Shown: positions 39,836-50,816, counted from the stretch's first letter. The stretch: 64,000 bases of DNA from an uncultured Candidatus Rokubacteria bacterium (GCA_963754315.1 CAVWFS010000019.1:288001-352000); one strand, 5' to 3'. Program-made: numbers and translations. The notes: generated by a model from the sequence alone, not told the origin.

Positions 39836-40468
39836 GTGAACGCGATCCTCTCGACATGGCGTGAAGTCTCTCCTTTGCAACGGCTCGGCGTGGCCGGACT
39901 GGGCCTCATCATGATGAGCGTGAGCGGTTACGTCTTCGTCCTCTCGCCGGCTCACGCCCGCAAGGCTGCTCTGGAGGCTCGACTCGCGGCGTTGCAACGG
40001 GATCTCGACGAGGCGTCCGCGCAGGTCGGCGAGCTCGCACGGTATCGACAAGAGAAGGTCGAGTACGAGAAGCGGTTGGGGGTGATGGCCGAGAGGCTCT
40101 CCCCAACCCGTGCGATTCCTCCGCTCTATCAGACCCTGCAGGAGGTGGCGGTCCAGACGGGCCTCGCGCTGGCGCTCTTCCGGCCGCGCGAGCCCAGGGT
40201 CGAGAATTACTATACGGAGATCCCGATCGCGGTGACCGCCCAGGGCACGTACCATCGGCTCGGGCGGTTTCTCGCGCGAATCGCGGATCTGCCGCGCATC
40301 GTTCTGATCGAAGAGCTCCGGATCACCGCCATCGAACACCACCAGGTGTCTCTTCGCGCCGACATGATCCTGACCGCGTACATCTACCGGCCGGGCGGCG
40401 CCCGAGAGCCCGCTCGACCAGACGCGTCGGCGGACAGCTCGAAAAGGGGAACGGCGCCGTCTAAATGA
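39836..40468 (+). CDS. pilO: Type IV pilus assembly protein PilO
   Basis: TM plus coiled coil; YYTEIPI.V...GTYH.LGRF..IADLPRIV. Confidence 0.9.
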   Translation: MNAILSTWREVSPLQRLGVAGLGLIMMSVSGYVFVLSPAHARKAALEARLAALQRDLDEASAQVGELARYRQEKVEYEKRLGVMAERLSPTRAIPPLYQTLQEVAVQTGLALALFRPREPRVENYYTEIPIAVTAQGTYHRLGRFLARIADLPRIVLIEELRITAIEHHQVSLRADMILTAYIYRPGGAREPARPDASADSSKRGTAPSK

Positions 40469-40959
40469 TCACGCTCGCCATCCGGCTCATTGTCCTCTCG
40501 ATCGCGCACGCGGCTTGCTCCGGAACGCCTAGCCCCACCCCCACCCCGTCGTATTCGGCGGCGACCATCGCGACCAGACCGTCGGCGATCGCCGACCCGG
40601 CATCGTCTGCGCCAGGGCCGCCCACCTCCACGTCACCCGAATCGCACTTGCCGCTCCCTCCCGACTACACGCCGCGGGGTCGCCGCGACCCGTTCACGCC
40701 GATCAGGGCCGCCGAAGAGCCGACGCGGGACCGCTCGATCCTGACGTCCGCCAAGCTAACGGGCATCGTTCGAGGCTCGGAGGGGGCGTTGGCCTTGGTG
40801 GAGACGATCGACGGGACGGGGTTCATCCTGCGTGCCGGCGAGGGCTTCGGGGAGGGGCGCCTCCTGGACATCGGTGAGGACTTCGCACTGTTCGACGTAA
40901 GGTCGCCGGCGGCGTCGACACCAAGGCGCATCGTGCTTCGCCTGGAGCCGCGATCCTGA
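40465..40959 (+). CDS. pilP: Type IV pilus assembly lipoprotein PilP
   Basis: Lipobox AAC, Pro-rich linker, RRDPF, LTGIV, ALVE..DG.G. Confidence 0.85.
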   Translation: MITLAIRLIVLSIAHAACSGTPSPTPTPSYSAATIATRPSAIADPASSAPGPPTSTSPESHLPLPPDYTPRGRRDPFTPIRAAEEPTRDRSILTSAKLTGIVRGSEGALALVETIDGTGFILRAGEGFGEGRLLDIGEDFALFDVRSPAASTPRRIVLRLEPRS

Positions 40960-40985
40960 CCCCCAGGACGCGGGGTTCGTGTCTC

Positions 40986-42698
40986 ATGGCGGCGCTCGCA
41001 CTCGTGCCGGCCCTGAGCTACGGGACGGCAGCGGGCGGCCCGGCCATCCCCGGCAGTCCTCGCCTGATTTCCGTGGATTTCCAGGACGCCGACATCGTGA
41101 ACGTGATCCGGATCCTGGCTGCCGAGAGCGGAAGGAATGTCGTCATCGGGGACGACGTCAAGGGCAAGATGTCTCTCAAGCTTCACAACGTTCCCTGGGA
41201 GCACGCGCTACAGACGGTTCTCGAAGCAAAAGGTCTCCAGCAGATCGATCGCGATCGAGTCATCAGGATCGTGTCCAGCGAACAGCTCGAACGAGAGCGC
41301 GGCGCCGCCTCGCGCCTTGACGAGGCCAAGCGGAAAGCCGAGGCGGAGACGCGCGCCAAGGAAGCCGAGGCCCAGGCCAAGGAGATCGAAGCGCACGCGA
41401 AGCAACACGAATTGCTCCGCAAGCGACGGCAGGAGGAGGACGAGGCGAGGGAGTTGGCCGCTCGCGGCCCTCTCACCGAGGCCACGATCCGCCTCTACTA
41501 CGCCGACGCGGAGGAAGTGGCGAAGACCCTGCAGGGTCTTCTGGGGATGACTCCTGACGAGGCACCCCGCAAGCGAGAGGCGGTCTCCGGCCCTCCCGTG
41601 ATTCCCGAGCCTCCCTTCTCCACCCTCTTCGGCCCGCCGCCCCTGCCTCCGCCCCCGGCCCCGGTGCCCCCGGAAGTCCTGGACAAGCGGTTAACTATTC
41701 GGGCCTTCAAACCCACCAATACGCTGTTCTTGCGGCTCTACGCCTCGGACATCTCGCGGATTCGCTCGCTCATTCGCGAGTCGATGGATATCCCTCTCCC
41801 CCAGGTGAAGATCGAGGCACGCATGGAGATCCTCGATCGCAATGCCCTCGAGCAACTCGGCGTCCAGTGGGGCGGCTTCGTGGCCCAGAACGCCGGCCAG
41901 CAGACCCTGATCGGCCAGGGATTCACGTCGGGAGGGCCGACGGGGACAGGGACTCCCACTCCGGTCCAGGGATTGAACCCGCCGAACAGCGGCCTCAATC
42001 TCTCGCAGGGCCTCCCCGTCAGCTCCCAGTCCGGTCTGCCGCTGGGAGGCAACATCGTGAATCTCCCCATCAGCACGTTGCCGAACGCCGGACCGTTGCC
42101 CACGGTGGGGGTGGCGTTCGGCATCGTCGGCACCAATCTCAACATCAATTTCGCGCTCCAGGCTCTCGCCGAGCAAGGCAAGAGCCGGACCCTGGCCCGC
42201 CCCGAGATCGTGACGGTAGAAAATAGCAAGGCGGCCATCGAGCTGGGCGAGGAGATCCCGTTCACGACCGTGAGCTCTGCCGGCACTCAAATTCAGTTCA
42301 AGAACGCCTCGCTCAAGCTCGAGGTGACACCAGCGGTCATCCACGAGGATAAGCAGAACAAGATCAAGATGCTGGTGGTGGTCGAGAACAACTCGCGCGG
42401 GCAGACCGTGAATCTCGGCGCCGCCGGTCAGCCGCCGGCGATCAATACGCGCAAGGCCAGCACGCAGGTGCTCATCAGGGAGGGTGAACGGCTCGTCATC
42501 GGTGGCGTGGCGCAGACAACGGCCTCCAACACGGTCCGCAAAGTGCCAGTCCTCGGCGACATTCCCATCATTCGTGCCCTCTTCCGCATCAGGGAAGATT
42601 TCGAGCAAGGTCGCGAGCTCGTGGTCTTCCTGACCCCCAGCGTGCTCCGTCCGTCCAGCTCAGACCGGCCGGCTGCCCCTTCCCGGGAAGAGCCCTGA
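40986..42698 (+). CDS. pilQ: Type IV pilus secretin PilQ
   Basis: ISVDFQDADI..V.R.LA, VPWEHAL, PQVKIEAR, LGVQW, GEEIPF, KVPVLGDIP, ELVVFLTP. Confidence 0.92.
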   Translation: MAALALVPALSYGTAAGGPAIPGSPRLISVDFQDADIVNVIRILAAESGRNVVIGDDVKGKMSLKLHNVPWEHALQTVLEAKGLQQIDRDRVIRIVSSEQLERERGAASRLDEAKRKAEAETRAKEAEAQAKEIEAHAKQHELLRKRRQEEDEARELAARGPLTEATIRLYYADAEEVAKTLQGLLGMTPDEAPRKREAVSGPPVIPEPPFSTLFGPPPLPPPPAPVPPEVLDKRLTIRAFKPTNTLFLRLYASDISRIRSLIRESMDIPLPQVKIEARMEILDRNALEQLGVQWGGFVAQNAGQQTLIGQGFTSGGPTGTGTPTPVQGLNPPNSGLNLSQGLPVSSQSGLPLGGNIVNLPISTLPNAGPLPTVGVAFGIVGTNLNINFALQALAEQGKSRTLARPEIVTVENSKAAIELGEEIPFTTVSSAGTQIQFKNASLKLEVTPAVIHEDKQNKIKMLVVVENNSRGQTVNLGAAGQPPAINTRKASTQVLIREGERLVIGGVAQTTASNTVRKVPVLGDIPIIRALFRIREDFEQGRELVVFLTPSVLRPSSSDRPAAPSREEP

Positions 42699-42738
42699 CC
42701 GGCTCCGGCGTGGTAATCTAGCTCCGGGCGGCTCTCCG

Positions 42739-43821
42739 ATGGTCATTCCTGTCCAGCTCAGTCAGCAGGCCTACACGATCGTGGTGGAGCGCGGCGCCCT
42801 CCATAGGGTGGCCGAGTACCTGCGCGAGCTTCGCGTGGGGCGGCGCGCCGCCCTCGTCACCTCACCGGAGATCGGCCGGCACTACGGAAAGCCCGTGGCC
42901 GACCGTCTGCGGGAGGCCGGATTTGCGGTGACGGTGGTGGAGATTCCCGACGGCGAGGCCGCCAAGCAGCTACCGGTGGCCGAGCGCTGCTGGAGCGCGC
43001 TCCTGGAGGCTGGGCTGGACCGTGGCTCGACCGTCCTCGCGCTCGGTGGAGGCGCGGTCGGCGACCTGGCGGGGTTCGTGGCCGCCACCTTCATGCGAGG
43101 CGTGAACTTCGTTCAGCTGCCCACCACCGTGCTGGCTCAGGTGGACGCGTCTATCGGCGGCAAGACCGCCATCGATCATCCTAAGGCCAAAAACCTGATC
43201 GGAGCCTTCTACCAGCCGCGTATGGTCGTCGCCGACACGTTGACCATCGGGACGTTGTCCGACCGCGAGTTCCGCTCGGGGCTGGCCGAGGTGGTCAAGC
43301 ACGGCATCGTCCTCGACGGCAACTACTTCGCGCTGGTCGAGCGCGAAGCCGCTCGCATTCTCGCCCGCGATCCCGAGATCCTGGAGCAGGTGATCGGTGG
43401 CTCATGCCGGCTGAAGGCGGGGGTGGTCGAGCGTGACGAACGCGAGGCCGATCTACGGGCTGTGCTGAACTACGGTCATACTATTGGCCACGCTATGGAG
43501 GCGGCTACTCAGTACGGGCGCTGGACGCACGGCGAGGCGGTCGCCCTCGGGATGGTGGGCGAGGCGAGGCTGGCGCGGCGGCTCGGGCTCGCCTCCGAGC
43601 AGACGGTAGCCCGCCAGATCGCCATCCTCGACGTCCTCGGACTGCCCATCCGAGCGAGCGGGATCGACGTCGAGGCGGTGCTGGCCGCCATGACGCGCGA
43701 CAAGAAGTCGAAGGACGGCCAGGTGCCGTTCGTGCTCGCGCCCGAGATCGGGTCCTTCAAGGTCACCTACGGGATAGCCCGGGACGATGTGCGGGCCGTC
43801 CTCGAGGGACTGGGGGGGTGA
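42739..43821 (+). CDS. aroB: 3-dehydroquinate synthase
   Basis: GGGAVGDLAGF, PTTVLAQVDASIGGKT, KNLIGAFYQP, LNYGHTIGHA, HGEAV, DKK. Confidence 0.96.
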   Translation: MVIPVQLSQQAYTIVVERGALHRVAEYLRELRVGRRAALVTSPEIGRHYGKPVADRLREAGFAVTVVEIPDGEAAKQLPVAERCWSALLEAGLDRGSTVLALGGGAVGDLAGFVAATFMRGVNFVQLPTTVLAQVDASIGGKTAIDHPKAKNLIGAFYQPRMVVADTLTIGTLSDREFRSGLAEVVKHGIVLDGNYFALVEREAARILARDPEILEQVIGGSCRLKAGVVERDEREADLRAVLNYGHTIGHAMEAATQYGRWTHGEAVALGMVGEARLARRLGLASEQTVARQIAILDVLGLPIRASGIDVEAVLAAMTRDKKSKDGQVPFVLAPEIGSFKVTYGIARDDVRAVLEGLGG

Positions 43822-44462
43822 TGCAGCCCACGCAAGTCAGCGACGACGATACAGTCGCAGCCGCCATCAAGCGCCACGAAGAGCGTCTGGCACGCGACCC
43901 GACTTCGCTGGCGTTCGCCCAGCTCGCCGAGCTCTATCGGCGGGCGGGGCGACCTGCTGACGCCGTGGCGCGCTGTCGGGAGGGCCTTGCTCGCTATCCC
44001 CACTACACGGCGGCGCGGCTCATCCTTGCCCGTGCCCTTGCCGATGAGGGGCAGGTCGAAACGGCCATGACCGAAGTGCACGCCATCCTCGAGTTGAGCC
44101 CCAAGGATATCCAGGCTCATCGCTTCGCGGCAGAGATGGCTCGCAAGCAGGGTGACATCGACACCGCCGTGCGCCACCTCGAAGCGGCCGTGGCCCTCGA
44201 TACCGGCGACCGCGCGTCCCGGACCCTCCTGGGCCTGCTGCGCGCCGACCCCGCCGCCCGGACCGATCAGAGCGGGGTGGCGCGCCTCCTGAATGACGAC
44301 ACCTTCGTGACGATGCCCTTCGGCACCCTCTGCCTCGAGCAGGGGCTGATCGAGGAGGCCGCCCAGGTGTTCACCCGGTTACTGAGAAAAGACCCCAATC
44401 ACGCGGAGGCGCGGGCCGGTCTCGAGCAGGTGCTGCGCGCCCGCCTCCGACGCCGAGGCTAG
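43818..44462 (+). CDS. Tetratricopeptide-repeat protein
   Basis: DPTSLAFAQLAELYRRAG, GLARYPHY..ARL.LARAL TPR pattern. Confidence 0.8.
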   Translation: MMQPTQVSDDDTVAAAIKRHEERLARDPTSLAFAQLAELYRRAGRPADAVARCREGLARYPHYTAARLILARALADEGQVETAMTEVHAILELSPKDIQAHRFAAEMARKQGDIDTAVRHLEAAVALDTGDRASRTLLGLLRADPAARTDQSGVARLLNDDTFVTMPFGTLCLEQGLIEEAAQVFTRLLRKDPNHAEARAGLEQVLRARLRRRG

Positions 44463-44468
44463 ACAGTC

Positions 44469-45508
<1,040 letters not shown>

Positions 45509-45521
45509 CCTGCCCGCCCTG

Positions 45522-46868
45522 ATGTTTCACAAGATCCTCATCGCCAACCGTGGCGAGATCGCGCTCAGGGTCATCCGCACATGTCGCGAGCTGGGTATTC
45601 CCACGGTGCTCGCCTACTCGAAGGCGGATGCCGGGTCCCTCCCAGTGAAGCTGGCCGACGAGTCGATCTGCGTGGGCCCCGACGACGCACGCTCCAGCTA
45701 CCTCAACATCCCGGCCATCGTGTCGGCCGCGGCCGTGACCGATAGCGAGGCCATCCACCCCGGCTACGGCTTCCTGGCCGAGAACGCTGCCTTCGCCGAG
45801 GTGTGCCGTGCCTGCTCGATCACCTTCATCGGTCCCACTCCCGAGGCCATCCGGCTGATGGGCGACAAGGTTCAGGCGCGGATGATGGCCAAGCAGGCGG
45901 GTGTGCCGGTGGTGCCTGGCAGCGACGGCCCGCTCACGAGCGCGGCCGAGGCGCGGGAGCTGGTCGAACGCATCGGCTGTCCCATCATCTTCAAGGCGGC
46001 GGCGGGCGGCGGGGGCCGCGGAATGCGGATCGTGCGCGAGCCGGACGCAGCCGGCCGAGCGTTTTCGGCATGCCAGTCCGAGGCGGGTGCAGCCTTCGGC
46101 TCTTCTGACGTCTACGCCGAGAAGTTTATCGAGGGGGCACGTCACATCGAGGTGCAGGTGCTGGGCGACAAGAACGGGATCCGCGTGCACCTAGGCGAGC
46201 GCGACTGCTCCGTCCAGCGCCGCCACCAGAAGCTCATCGAGGAGTCGCCGGCGCCTACCCTGACCCCCGGCACCCGGTCCGGTCTGCACAAGGCCGCCCT
46301 CACCGTGGCCGGGGCCGTGAACTACACGAGCGCGGGCACGGTCGAGTTCCTCGTCGACGGGGACGGTCGTTACTACTTCATCGAGATGAACACCCGCATC
46401 CAGGTCGAGCATCCTGTGACGGAAATGATCACCGGGATCGATCTCGTGCGTGAGCAGATCCGCATCGCCGCCGGCGAGCCACTCGGCTACCGGCAGGACG
46501 CGATCCCCTTCACTGGCCATGCCATCGAGTGCCGGGTGAACGCCGAGGACCCCGAAACGTTCGTACCCAGCGCGGGGCGTGTGACCGCGTGGGTGCCGCC
46601 GGGTGGGTTCGGCGTCAGGGTCGACAGCCATCTCATGGCCCCGTACGGAGTCCCCCCGTTCTACGACTCGCTCATCGCCAAGATCATCGTCCACGGCCGC
46701 GAGCGGTCGGAGGCCATCGCCCGCATGCGGCGCGCTCTGCTGGAGACGATCGTTGAGGGTGTGAAGACGACGATCCCCTTCCACCTGAAGGTCCTCGGCG
46801 ATCCCGCATTCGTGGAGGGCCGCTTCACGGGCGGCCGACGGGGCGAGGCTGCACGGCTGAGCATCTAG
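45522..46868 (+). CDS. accC: Acetyl-CoA carboxylase biotin carboxylase
   Basis: KILIANRGEIA, HPGYGFLAEN, GGGGRGM, ERDCSVQRRHQK, EMNTRIQVEH, YDSLIAK. Confidence 0.97.
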   Translation: MFHKILIANRGEIALRVIRTCRELGIPTVLAYSKADAGSLPVKLADESICVGPDDARSSYLNIPAIVSAAAVTDSEAIHPGYGFLAENAAFAEVCRACSITFIGPTPEAIRLMGDKVQARMMAKQAGVPVVPGSDGPLTSAAEARELVERIGCPIIFKAAAGGGGRGMRIVREPDAAGRAFSACQSEAGAAFGSSDVYAEKFIEGARHIEVQVLGDKNGIRVHLGERDCSVQRRHQKLIEESPAPTLTPGTRSGLHKAALTVAGAVNYTSAGTVEFLVDGDGRYYFIEMNTRIQVEHPVTEMITGIDLVREQIRIAAGEPLGYRQDAIPFTGHAIECRVNAEDPETFVPSAGRVTAWVPPGGFGVRVDSHLMAPYGVPPFYDSLIAKIIVHGRERSEAIARMRRALLETIVEGVKTTIPFHLKVLGDPAFVEGRFTGGRRGEAARLSI

Positions 46869-48106
46869 CCCTCTGGGTGGCGGAAGGCCTCCAATTGTGG
46901 CAGAAGATCCCGGAGCAGCAGCCTGCGCTTGAAGGGCAGGACGGCGGCCGGGAGCGCGCCCGCACGCACCGCCAGATGGCGAGGAACCGCCACGATGAGC
47001 TTCGTCCTCCGCACGGCGGCGAGCGTCCGGAGCTTATCGGTCAGGTACTCGGGAGTCCAGTAGCCGACGATCTCCAGCGCCACCGAGGTGCCGTCTTCGT
47101 GGTGGAACACGAAGTCGGGCACAACGAGGCTCCCGCCCGCCTCGAGCACCGCACCCTCCCGCACCAGTGTCCAGCCGGCGCGCGTGTGGCCGAACTTGCG
47201 CGCGATGGCGGCTTCCAGGTCCGAGTCGAACTCGGGCGGGGCCGCTAGCCCTTGTCCCAAGCCGTCGGCTGACTCGAGGGCAAAGCTGAGTGGTCGCCAG
47301 CCCCGGCGCAGCTCGATCTCGGCCAGGAGCCGCCAATCCCCCAGGCGGACGAGCGCCGCCAGGAACCGCGCGAAGTCCACTCCATAGGCACGCGTGCGGC
47401 GCAGGATCGAGCTCGGACCATCCAGCACGAAGCGATACGTGTCGGCGACGCGCGCGCGGGCGGCGCGGCCCCCTTCGCCCCGTGGTGATCCTGCTGCCGT
47501 TCCGCCCCGCACGCGCTCGACCCGGTAGAGCAGCCGCGCCAGGCGCGCGTAGCGAAGGATGTGCTTGAACTCGCGACCGGCCTCCACGGTGACCTTTGTC
47601 GCCGAGTAGAGCAAGGCCTGGGCTTGGGCGAGATCGTAGTCGGCGCGAAGAGCGTGGGCGGTGTAGTCGGTCGGGAAGGCGGCAAGCCGGTGGAACTCGG
47701 GATAGTCCGCGTACAGGCTGGCCACGGCCGCGGCGTGATCGCGCGGGGCCGGCGTGAAGGCCGCGCCGAGCAATGTGCAGACCGTAGTGGCCTCGAGCAA
47801 CGGATGCGCGGCCGCCGCTCGCTCGAAGACATCGACCCGCCGTTGTGCCGACCGAGATGGCGATGGCCACTCATAGGTTGCCACGTCGTCCAGGAGCTTC
47901 ACGACTGGCTCGATGCGGTCCGGCCGAAACCCCTCCAGAGCCAGGCGGGCGGCATTGCGGACCTGACCACGAGCCTGCCCCAGGCGCGCCCGGTAGACGG
48001 CCAGCGCCCCCTCGAGGAAGGGCACCGCCTCGTCCTCGAGCCGGTCAGAACAGATCGAGCTGGTTCGCTTGTCCCAGTGATAAACGCGGAGCGCGGCGGT
48101 AAGCAT
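46865..48106 (-). CDS. DUF790/Bax1-family endonuclease
   Basis: LYAD, Y.LAQAQALL, LDGP.S....T..YG..FA.FL, FDSDLE, W.LVRE, VPDF....LEIVGYWTPEYL..K. Confidence 0.88.
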   Translation of the reverse strand: MLTAALRVYHWDKRTSSICSDRLEDEAVPFLEGALAVYRARLGQARGQVRNAARLALEGFRPDRIEPVVKLLDDVATYEWPSPSRSAQRRVDVFERAAAAHPLLEATTVCTLLGAAFTPAPRDHAAAVASLYADYPEFHRLAAFPTDYTAHALRADYDLAQAQALLYSATKVTVEAGREFKHILRYARLARLLYRVERVRGGTAAGSPRGEGGRAARARVADTYRFVLDGPSSILRRTRAYGVDFARFLAALVRLGDWRLLAEIELRRGWRPLSFALESADGLGQGLAAPPEFDSDLEAAIARKFGHTRAGWTLVREGAVLEAGGSLVVPDFVFHHEDGTSVALEIVGYWTPEYLTDKLRTLAAVRRTKLIVAVPRHLAVRAGALPAAVLPFKRRLLLRDLLPQLEAFRHPEG

Positions 48107-49457
48107 CGGTCCTTCGCCGGCGTCGGGCCCGGGCCACGTCGGGAGTCTCCTGGAGGATGACCTCGTAAAGGCGGGCCGTACGGTCGCCCGATCTCCGAAG
48201 CAGCCGGCCCAGGCGTTGGATCGCTTCGCGGACGCCCTTGTCACCGCCCAGCACGACGCCGACCTTCACGGCGGGGGCATCCCATCCCTCGTTGAGGACC
48301 TCACACGCCGCCAGGGCCATCAGCCGGCCGCTCGCGAAGGCGTCCAGGACTCGGTTGCGCTCGTGCTTGTCGGAGTGAGCGGTCAGCGCGGGGATCAGGA
48401 ACCGCGCCGACACGTCCAGGGCCATGCGGTTGGAGGCCGTGAAGATGACGCACGGTTCGTTCGGGTGCAGGCGCAGGATGTCTTCCAGCACCCGGAGCTT
48501 CTCCACGGAGCGGTTGACGATGGCCAGTTTGCGCCGCCAGCGGCGGAGGATCTCGCGCGCCTCGGGATCGGTGCGGGAACGCCGGGCCAGCTCGGCCCAC
48601 TCGAAGCCTCCTTCCTCGCGGCGCCGACTGGCGATGTAGTGGCGGATGCTCTGTGACAGCTCGTCGAACTCCGCCTGTTCTGCCTCGCCGAGATGGATCG
48701 GCACCGTGACGAGCACGTAGTCGGCGACGGTCCGGCCTCGCGCCTCGGCCAGATCCTCCTCGTAGACGACCGGCCCGACCAGCTCGCCCAGCATGGCCTC
48801 GCGGCCATCGGCCCGTGTGGGCGTGGCGCTCAGCCCCAGGCGCAGGGGGGCCAGGCAGTCGAGGGCGCTCTCGTGCTGGACCGGTCCCGGCAGGTGGTGA
48901 ACCTCATCGTAAACGATCAGCCGATAACGGTTGCCGATCTCCTTCATGTGAATCCAGGCGCTATCGTAGGTCGTCACCGTGATGGGCCAGACTTCCTGCC
49001 GACCGTCGCCGAGCACGCCGGCGTCGAAGCCGAGGCCTGTGCGAATGCGGCGCTGCCACTGGTACATCAGGTCGCGCAGCGGGGCCACCACCAAGGTGGG
49101 CGCCCGATGCTGCGCCATCAGGGCCATGGCGATTTCGGTCTTCCCGGTTCCGGTCGGCTTCACCACGACACCCCGGCCGCCCGCCCGTTCCCACGCATCG
49201 ATCGCCGCCTGTTGATCGGGCCGGAGCGCCGGTAGTTTCGGCCTCAGGGTCGGCGAGGGAAAGAAGTGCTCGGCGCGATCGGCGAGGTCTAGCCGGTAGG
49301 TCGCCGCGTCTTCCCGCACTCGCAGGTGGTTGATGGCCGCCGTGCGCCAGCTCCCCACCCGCGCATCCCAGACGAAATAGGGCGGCACCCGTGCCGTGGC
49401 CGGAGCGTTCAGCCGAAGCGAGCCTCGATCGAAGCTCAGGGCGTGTGGGCGAGCCAC
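48045..49457 (-). CDS. XPB/Rad25(Ssl2)-like superfamily 2 DNA helicase
   Basis: WDARV..WR, LRPDQ, PTGTGKT, DEVHH, GLSAT, LNEGWD.P, QRLGRLLR, LYEV; overlaps the DUF790 gene. Confidence 0.88.
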   Translation of the reverse strand: MARPHALSFDRGSLRLNAPATARVPPYFVWDARVGSWRTAAINHLRVREDAATYRLDLADRAEHFFPSPTLRPKLPALRPDQQAAIDAWERAGGRGVVVKPTGTGKTEIAMALMAQHRAPTLVVAPLRDLMYQWQRRIRTGLGFDAGVLGDGRQEVWPITVTTYDSAWIHMKEIGNRYRLIVYDEVHHLPGPVQHESALDCLAPLRLGLSATPTRADGREAMLGELVGPVVYEEDLAEARGRTVADYVLVTVPIHLGEAEQAEFDELSQSIRHYIASRRREEGGFEWAELARRSRTDPEAREILRRWRRKLAIVNRSVEKLRVLEDILRLHPNEPCVIFTASNRMALDVSARFLIPALTAHSDKHERNRVLDAFASGRLMALAACEVLNEGWDAPAVKVGVVLGGDKGVREAIQRLGRLLRRSGDRTARLYEVILQETPDVARARRRRRTDAYRRAPRLSLGQANQLDLF

Positions 49458-49546
49458 GGCTCATGTCTAGCCGAGGGGCAGCCCAGATGCAAGTCGCCAA
49501 GGGAACCTGACCTGCCCCTCCCAGGTTGGGGGGGTCAATGGCGCAC

Positions 49547-49577
49547 TTGACCTTTCGGGGACCGCCACCGCTATAAT
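49547..49577 (+). promoter_or_regulatory. Putative sigma70 promoter of the liv operon
   Basis: TTGACC, 19 nt, TATAAT; spacer is longer than optimal. Confidence 0.5.
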
Positions 49578-49622
49578 GCGCTCCAAAATCGACCCGCGTA
49601 GCTGCTCGAGGAGGATGCGCCC

Positions 49623-50816
49623 ATGAAATTGCTGCGTTCGGCGCTCGCGACGGCCGTCGTCATCGCGTTCGTCTCGGTCCCCATGGCCGCCAAGCTGGAA
49701 GCTCAGGCCAAGGGCACCATCAAGATCGCGACCCAGAGTCCGCTCAGCGGCGGCCAGGCTGCGCTCGGCGAGGGCATCAAGCTCGGCACCCAGCTCGCCG
49801 TCGAAAAGCTGAAGGGCAATCTCGAAAAACAGGGCTTCAAGGTCGAACTGGTCCCCTTCGACGATCAGGCCAAGCCCGACGTGGGGGTCGCCAATGCCAA
49901 GAACATCGTGGCCGACAAGGACATCCTGGCCGTCATTGGCCATCTGAACTCCGGCGTGGCCATTCCGTCCTCGGAGGTCTACAAGGACGCGACCTTGGCC
50001 ATGATCTCCCCCGCCAACACCAATCCCACCGTGACCGATCGCGGTTATCCCAACGTGAACCGAGTGTGCGGCCGCGACGACGTGCAGGGGGTGGTGGGTT
50101 CCGAGTTCGCGCACGGGACCATGAAGGCCAAGAGCGCCTACATCATCCACGACAAGACCACCTACGGTCAGGGCGTGGCCGAGTTCTTCAAGGCCGACGC
50201 CGAGAAGAAGGGCATCAAGATCCTCGGGTTCGAGGGCACGGAGGAGAAGTCCAACTTCGACCCGATCATCACCCCTCTCAAGGCCAAGAACCCCGACCTC
50301 ATCTACTTCGGCGGCATCTACGAGCAGGCGGCGCCCTTCTTCAAGCAGGCGCGCGAGAAGGGGGTGAAGGCCAAGTTCCTCGGCCCCGACGGGCTGGACT
50401 CCTCGGACCTCACCAAGATCGCCGGGAAGGCCGTGGTGGGGATGAACTACACCTCGGTGGCTGGCCCCGTCTCCGTCTATCCGCAGGCCAAGCAGTTCGC
50501 CGACGAGTACAAGAAGAAGTTCGGCAAGAACCCGGAGCCCTTCGCGGCTCAGGCCTATGACGCGACGGCAATCGCGCTCAAGGCCATTGAGGCGGCGGCC
50601 AAGGGCGGCAAGATGCCGAGCCGCGAGGACGTCTCCAAGGAAGTCCGCAAGGTCAAGCACACGGGCATCACGGGTGCCGTCGAGTTCAACGACAAGGGTG
50701 ATCCCAAGAAGGCGCTCTACTTCGTGCTCCAGGTGGCCAGCGACAACCCTGAGAAGTGGGGCGACAACAAGGAAGTGAAGCGTCTCAGCATCGACGCGCC
50801 GACGGCGAAGAAGTAG
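49623..50816 (+). CDS. livK: Branched-chain amino acid ABC substrate-binding protein
   Basis: GAGGAGG RBS and signal peptide; PLSG, DDQAKP, GHLNSG, RVCGRDDVQG, DKTTYGQG, AYDA. Confidence 0.93.
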   Translation: MKLLRSALATAVVIAFVSVPMAAKLEAQAKGTIKIATQSPLSGGQAALGEGIKLGTQLAVEKLKGNLEKQGFKVELVPFDDQAKPDVGVANAKNIVADKDILAVIGHLNSGVAIPSSEVYKDATLAMISPANTNPTVTDRGYPNVNRVCGRDDVQGVVGSEFAHGTMKAKSAYIIHDKTTYGQGVAEFFKADAEKKGIKILGFEGTEEKSNFDPIITPLKAKNPDLIYFGGIYEQAAPFFKQAREKGVKAKFLGPDGLDSSDLTKIAGKAVVGMNYTSVAGPVSVYPQAKQFADEYKKKFGKNPEPFAAQAYDATAIALKAIEAAAKGGKMPSREDVSKEVRKVKHTGITGAVEFNDKGDPKKALYFVLQVASDNPEKWGDNKEVKRLSIDAPTAKK

